DNA of 40,257 nt from a virus. Taxonomy: Duplodnaviria > Caudoviricetes. The position numbers were made by a program, and so were the translations under genes. Positions 36,351-40,257 of the stretch are shown here, piece after piece. Location: IMG/VR virus record IMGVR_UViG_3300014208_000017, positions 1 to 40,257 of that record, one strand, 5' to 3'. Position 1 is the stretch's first letter. Each line of letters begins with the position of its first letter. The notes under the pieces were generated by a model. The model did no database searches. It saw nothing but the letters and a program-made list of their open reading frames with translations, and had not been told where the DNA came from.

Positions 36351-37028
36351 ATGGCAGCCTGGAATAATCCCGATTTTCCTAGTAATGGTGGCAACGATTG
36401 GTTTAAACAAATGATGATGGGCAGCGGTTTTGGTCAAATGGCCGGCGGATTGGCGGGGTTATTTGGCGGTGGCGGAAGAAATCCTGCAGATGCTGCTAAT
36501 AAACGCTTGGATAATATACCGGGCCAAGTTAGTCCTTACTATCAGCCATACCAACAAGCGGGCGCTGGAGCTTTAAGTGACCTTCAAAATCAATATAAAG
36601 ATTTATTGAGCGGTGGCGTTTATAACAAGCTTGGGGAAGGGTATAAAGAGTCGCCTGGTTATCAATTTAAGCTTAAGCAAGCCTTGGGGGCTGGTGGCAA
36701 TGCTGCTGCCGCTGGCGGGATGCTAGGAACACCGCAGCATGAGCAGCAAAGCATGCAGATTGGTAATGACATCGCATCTCAGGATTTCAATGATTACATG
36801 CAGAAGCAAATGGGTCTGTATGGTCTAGGACTGCAGGGTCAGCAAGGCATTAACAAGATGGGTTATGATGCTAATACTGGCTATGGCAATATGATGGGTA
36901 ATATTGAAGGCCAGAAAGCTGCTTATGACTATGCGGGTCAGGCTGGGAAGAATCAGCAGAGCCAAGGAAATTGGGCTAATATATTTGGTGGATTGGGAAG
37001 TTTGATTCCTGGCCTATTTGGCATGTAA
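36351..37028 (+). CDS. Ejection/DNA-transfer protein (P22 gp7-like)
   Basis: G/Q/A-rich; PYQQAG..AL, SPGYQF, AAAAGGMLG. Confidence 0.8.
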   Translation: MAAWNNPDFPSNGGNDWFKQMMMGSGFGQMAGGLAGLFGGGGRNPADAANKRLDNIPGQVSPYYQPYQQAGAGALSDLQNQYKDLLSGGVYNKLGEGYKESPGYQFKLKQALGAGGNAAAAGGMLGTPQHEQQSMQIGNDIASQDFNDYMQKQMGLYGLGLQGQQGINKMGYDANTGYGNMMGNIEGQKAAYDYAGQAGKNQQSQGNWANIFGGLGSLIPGLFGM

Positions 37029-37038
37029 GGAGTAAATA

Positions 37039-38349
37039 ATGGCTGTTAACTTTAGTTTGCCAAATGGTGCGTTTCGATTAACCCCTGAAGATATGGGGGT
37101 TACAGATATTGGGAAGGCATTGCGGTCGGGCTTTGATACGTATTCTAAGGGGTATGAGGCGGCTTATAAGCCGAAGAATTTGCAAACGGCTCTTTTGGAT
37201 GCGCAATTAAAAAATGCGCATGATAGGACGATTAATAAATATTTAGATAGAAGTGAGCAGGCACGGATAGGGAGCCAGGAATCTGCTGCCGGTTTGCACA
37301 GGGCTCAATTACAAAGAGCTTTATCGGACATGAATTTTCTTTCCCAATTTAATGGCGGAAGCCAAAATTCTACGCCCACATCTCCGCCAGCTGATGTCAA
37401 TGAAGGATATGATAATAAAGATTACAATGTATCAGCAGACGGCCCGGGAAGAGCGGCATCGACAAGCGCTTATGATACATTTCCTGGTAGACGGCCCGCT
37501 GCTGTAGGAGCCTCGCAGGAAAATGCGCCGTCATCCCCTGAGGGCTTTTCTGAGGCCCCGTCATCGCAGCCTGCATTATATGGAAATGTTAGCCAAGGGT
37601 TATCAAATCCTACGCCGAGACTATCGAATGGCATGAGTTATGCGGACGCTTCGCGTGCAGCTCAGATATTGAAATTACCCGCATTTCCGGTTAAGGATAT
37701 TGATGGAAAAATAACCGCAATAACGCCGTGGGGGAATATCCAGGTAGCAGAGGGCCCTAATGCTCTTAAAAAAGCAATTTCGACTAATGACGCCAAGGTT
37801 TTAGCCGACCTCGAGAAGACTGTTTTAAATTCTTCATCGGGCCTATCCAATATGGAGAATATTACAGGGTTATTGGTTAACCCTGTTTTTCAGGAAATGC
37901 GTCAAAATCCTGCGCTAGGAAAACATGAATTAAGATGGTTTTCTAAGTTTGGTACGCCAGAGCAGCAGCAATTGGTGGGAAACTTTAAAGCATACACAGG
38001 CGAGGTGATTAAGAATGCTTCTAGAGATTTTGCAGGAGCATTTAGACAGGGTGAGCAAGGATTATTAGAAGGAATGAAGCCAAGCGACTCTGATTCTCTT
38101 GATGTTATGAAGGGGAAGACAGAGGCGCTCACTACGATGTTAACATTGATATCAAAAAGAGCAGAAATCGAAGCAAATGCAATGCGGGAGCGTGGCTTTT
38201 CTCCTGTAAAAGCAAAACAGTTTGCTGATTTATTAATTGATAGAAAAGCAATCATTAAACAAGTCCATGATAAATTAAATCCAGAAAAAAAATGGCAACA
38301 TTTATCGGATGATGAGTTATTGCAACGAATGAGGGGCGCGCCAAAATGA
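37039..38349 (+). CDS. Ejection protein (gp20-like position)
   Basis: Helical with a low-complexity middle; second of three genes after the tail hub. Confidence 0.6.
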   Translation: MAVNFSLPNGAFRLTPEDMGVTDIGKALRSGFDTYSKGYEAAYKPKNLQTALLDAQLKNAHDRTINKYLDRSEQARIGSQESAAGLHRAQLQRALSDMNFLSQFNGGSQNSTPTSPPADVNEGYDNKDYNVSADGPGRAASTSAYDTFPGRRPAAVGASQENAPSSPEGFSEAPSSQPALYGNVSQGLSNPTPRLSNGMSYADASRAAQILKLPAFPVKDIDGKITAITPWGNIQVAEGPNALKKAISTNDAKVLADLEKTVLNSSSGLSNMENITGLLVNPVFQEMRQNPALGKHELRWFSKFGTPEQQQLVGNFKAYTGEVIKNASRDFAGAFRQGEQGLLEGMKPSDSDSLDVMKGKTEALTTMLTLISKRAEIEANAMRERGFSPVKAKQFADLLIDRKAIIKQVHDKLNPEKKWQHLSDDELLQRMRGAPK

Positions 38350-39356
38350 ATGATGAAATAACTCCTGAAGAAGCAAGGGAAGAATATGAAAGGCGTCAGC
38401 GAGGGAAATCAAATGGCGCATCATCTAATCAATCATCAATTTTAGGTCAATTATTAAATAACCAAATTGGATGGTTAAAAGGTGGCGCTAGAGGTGCCGC
38501 CCAAAGCATTGGAGATATTGGTGCCTCCATTGGAAATCTTCCGGCTCAAGGTGTTGAGCATTTCACGGGAAAAAGACCTTACTCAATACCGCACCCTCAG
38601 TTATTGAATGAACACCCTACTAGTTTTGGTGAGTCGTTTGGGCAAAAAGCAGGTAAAAATTTGCCAAGATGGGCGATCGAGGCTTATCTGGCTCATCGAA
38701 TAGCACCTATAGGAGGAAGAAATCCATTGCTTCGTATTGGGGCAGGCGGCGCTGGTGGGGCTGGTGTCGGGTATGCTGCAAATGAAGAAAATAGGGCGTC
38801 AGGGGCTGGCGAAGGATTGGGAATTGGATTGGCCGAAGGCCTGGGTTCTGAATTCCCTTTATTTGCTCGTCAGGCAACCAAGGGATTTAGGGGCGGTGAA
38901 AAAGGGATTGGAAAGCATGGCATTGAAGGATTTCATATTAGCCCGGAAGTCATGGACAAATACAATCATCTTTCTACGCTGCCAGAGTTTGCATCAGAAA
39001 AGCCATATTTAGATTTGTTATTAGGGGAAACCGCGGAAGGAAAATATACGACTTCGCATCATTTTCAATCCCATTTAAAAAGCATGGCTAGAGATTTTAA
39101 AAAACAAGGAAAAAATGTGCTAGCAAAAAGGGTAAGCGATATGGCTCATGATGTTAGTTCCGGCATAAGAGAGCGCACCGCCGAAGCGGGTCATCCAGAG
39201 ATTGGGGAGCAATTACAAAGAGCCAGCGATTTAACTCGACGTCATTACAAAACAAAACCTTATGTAAGTGCGCTGCTTAAATCTCTAGGTATTGGTTCTG
39301 GGATAGGTGGAGGAGCATACGCTACCAAGAAAATATACGATTATTTATCTAAATAA
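38346..39356 (+). CDS. Ejection protein (gp16-like position)
   Basis: G/A-rich membrane-inserting-like segments; third in the cluster. Confidence 0.55.
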   Translation: MNDEITPEEAREEYERRQRGKSNGASSNQSSILGQLLNNQIGWLKGGARGAAQSIGDIGASIGNLPAQGVEHFTGKRPYSIPHPQLLNEHPTSFGESFGQKAGKNLPRWAIEAYLAHRIAPIGGRNPLLRIGAGGAGGAGVGYAANEENRASGAGEGLGIGLAEGLGSEFPLFARQATKGFRGGEKGIGKHGIEGFHISPEVMDKYNHLSTLPEFASEKPYLDLLLGETAEGKYTTSHHFQSHLKSMARDFKKQGKNVLAKRVSDMAHDVSSGIRERTAEAGHPEIGEQLQRASDLTRRHYKTKPYVSALLKSLGIGSGIGGGAYATKKIYDYLSK

Positions 39357-39358
39357 TC

Positions 39359-39427
39359 CTAATAATTTTCATTAACGTAAGTTACAAGAACAACTCCAAA
39401 TATGAAAAGAATAATTGCAACTAACAT
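39359..39427 (-). CDS. 22-aa single-TM peptide (not in track)
   Basis: MLVAIILFIFGVVLVTYVNENY; AAGGGGG RBS 6 nt upstream; has its own promoter. Confidence 0.6.
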   Translation of the reverse strand: MLVAIILFIFGVVLVTYVNENY

Positions 39428-39458
39428 CTTCATCCCCCTTTATTAACCATATGCCAAC

Positions 39459-39487
39459 AATTTAGCATGTGGTTAATTGTTTGTCAA
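39459..39487 (-). promoter_or_regulatory. Leftward sigma70-type promoter of the TM peptide
   Basis: TTGACA-N17-TAAATT with extended TG. Confidence 0.65.
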
Positions 39488-39559
39488 ACACTATGATTGC
39501 CTTTTAATGTAAAAAAGCGGACAATTATCAGCATTATCAATGCCGTAATGGACCCGTTG

Positions 39560-40257
39560 ATGGCGCTTCCCAATCCTCTTTATATAGCATTTCAAGGGCT
39601 AGAAACCTATTTTGTTAATAAGGATGACGGCTCCCCGCTATCTGGTGGTTATGTTAAGTTTTTTTCCGATGTAAACCGTACCGTAGAGAAAGACGTATAC
39701 CAGCAAGTACAATTGTCAGATAATACCTATCGCTTTGTAAACATTGGTAGCATCGTTACATTGACGGCTGTGGGCACGTTTGGAAGCCCTACAGATGGAA
39801 CTGATATACAGGTCTATGCGTTTCCTTATGATGGAACGGAGGATGCGCCTGGCAATCCAGAGTTGTATTATTTGCAGGTTTATTCATCCGGCGATGTGCT
39901 GCAATTCACCCGTGAAGCCCAACCTGCAAACTTTGCTCCAAGCACAAATCCAACAGACACCTTTGAAGCCAGTGAAAATCAGATATCGAATCCACAATTT
40001 GTAGAAGTATTATTTACGCCAGATCCCGCCGCGGGAAGTTTTACCTATGCGGCAACCGGTGTTGATTTTGAGGTAGCAATAGCGCCTGATTGGTCTATTG
40101 TAACGTCAGGTGCTGGTAATGTTGTCATAAAGCAAACAGCAGTTTCTGATGCGGCATTAGAAAGCAATCCGCCTTATTTCTTGGATATCAATACTACAGG
40201 CTCTATCAGCAGTGTTAAATTACGCCAGCGCTTTCAGGGTGACCCACGTTTATTGCT
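39560..40257 (+). CDS. 5' part of the ~709-aa tail fibre/tailspike (alternative start 39548), continuing into 1-1555
   Basis: MALPNPLYIAFQGLETYFVNKDDGSPLSGGYVKFF resembles head-binding domains; no stop before the window end. Confidence 0.75.
   Translation, partial: MALPNPLYIAFQGLETYFVNKDDGSPLSGGYVKFFSDVNRTVEKDVYQQVQLSDNTYRFVNIGSIVTLTAVGTFGSPTDGTDIQVYAFPYDGTEDAPGNPELYYLQVYSSGDVLQFTREAQPANFAPSTNPTDTFEASENQISNPQFVEVLFTPDPAAGSFTYAATGVDFEVAIAPDWSIVTSGAGNVVIKQTAVSDAALESNPPYFLDINTTGSISSVKLRQRFQGDPRLL
40135..40257. repeat. Terminal direct repeat (copy 2)
   Basis: Identical to 1-123. Confidence 0.95.

Noticed and set aside
40135-40257. Physical terminal repeat of the virion DNA
   Set aside because: It lies mid-gene and looks like an assembler overlap; P22/Sf6-like phages usually package by headful
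1-40257. Stop-codon recoding
   Set aside because: The large conserved genes are intact in the standard code, and there is no suppressor tRNA

Overview
The window is an apparently complete circular genome of about 40,134 bp from a P22/Sf6-like podophage; positions 1-123 are identical to 40135-40257. It has four transcription blocks. (1) A rightward morphogenesis block runs from 24.7 kb across the junction to 8.27 kb: TerS, TerL, a 725-aa portal, basic microproteins, tRNA-Asn, scaffold, coat, gp4/gp10-like tail hub, three ejection proteins, several tail fibres, DUF1353, a GH108 endolysin and a VRR-NUC nuclease. (2) A leftward recombination block at 15.3-8.3 kb carries a Sak4-like ATPase, a CHC2 zinc finger, an SSB and a RadD-like helicase. 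(3) A rightward block at 15.4-19.6 kb carries Cro and a replication initiator with lambda-like iterons. (4) A leftward accessory block of tiny modular ORFs at 24.6-19.6 kb includes an unannotated CsrA. I recognised no integrase, CI, Q, holin or spanin. The most striking signal is a ~1 kb non-coding array (11887-12911, minus strand) of about eight tandem tRNA-like RNAs. Four share an 8-bp acceptor plus 5-bp T-arm geometry, six begin UAU^G and five end in CCA, yet each carries an unrelated structured insert in place of an anticodon arm. Other notable signals are a probable antisense-RNA/leader-peptide control unit in front of the rep gene, a late promoter blocked by an immediate terminator, and repeated RBS/start junctions that suggest cassette shuffling. 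All calls come from reading motifs by eye; no searches or folding programs were run.
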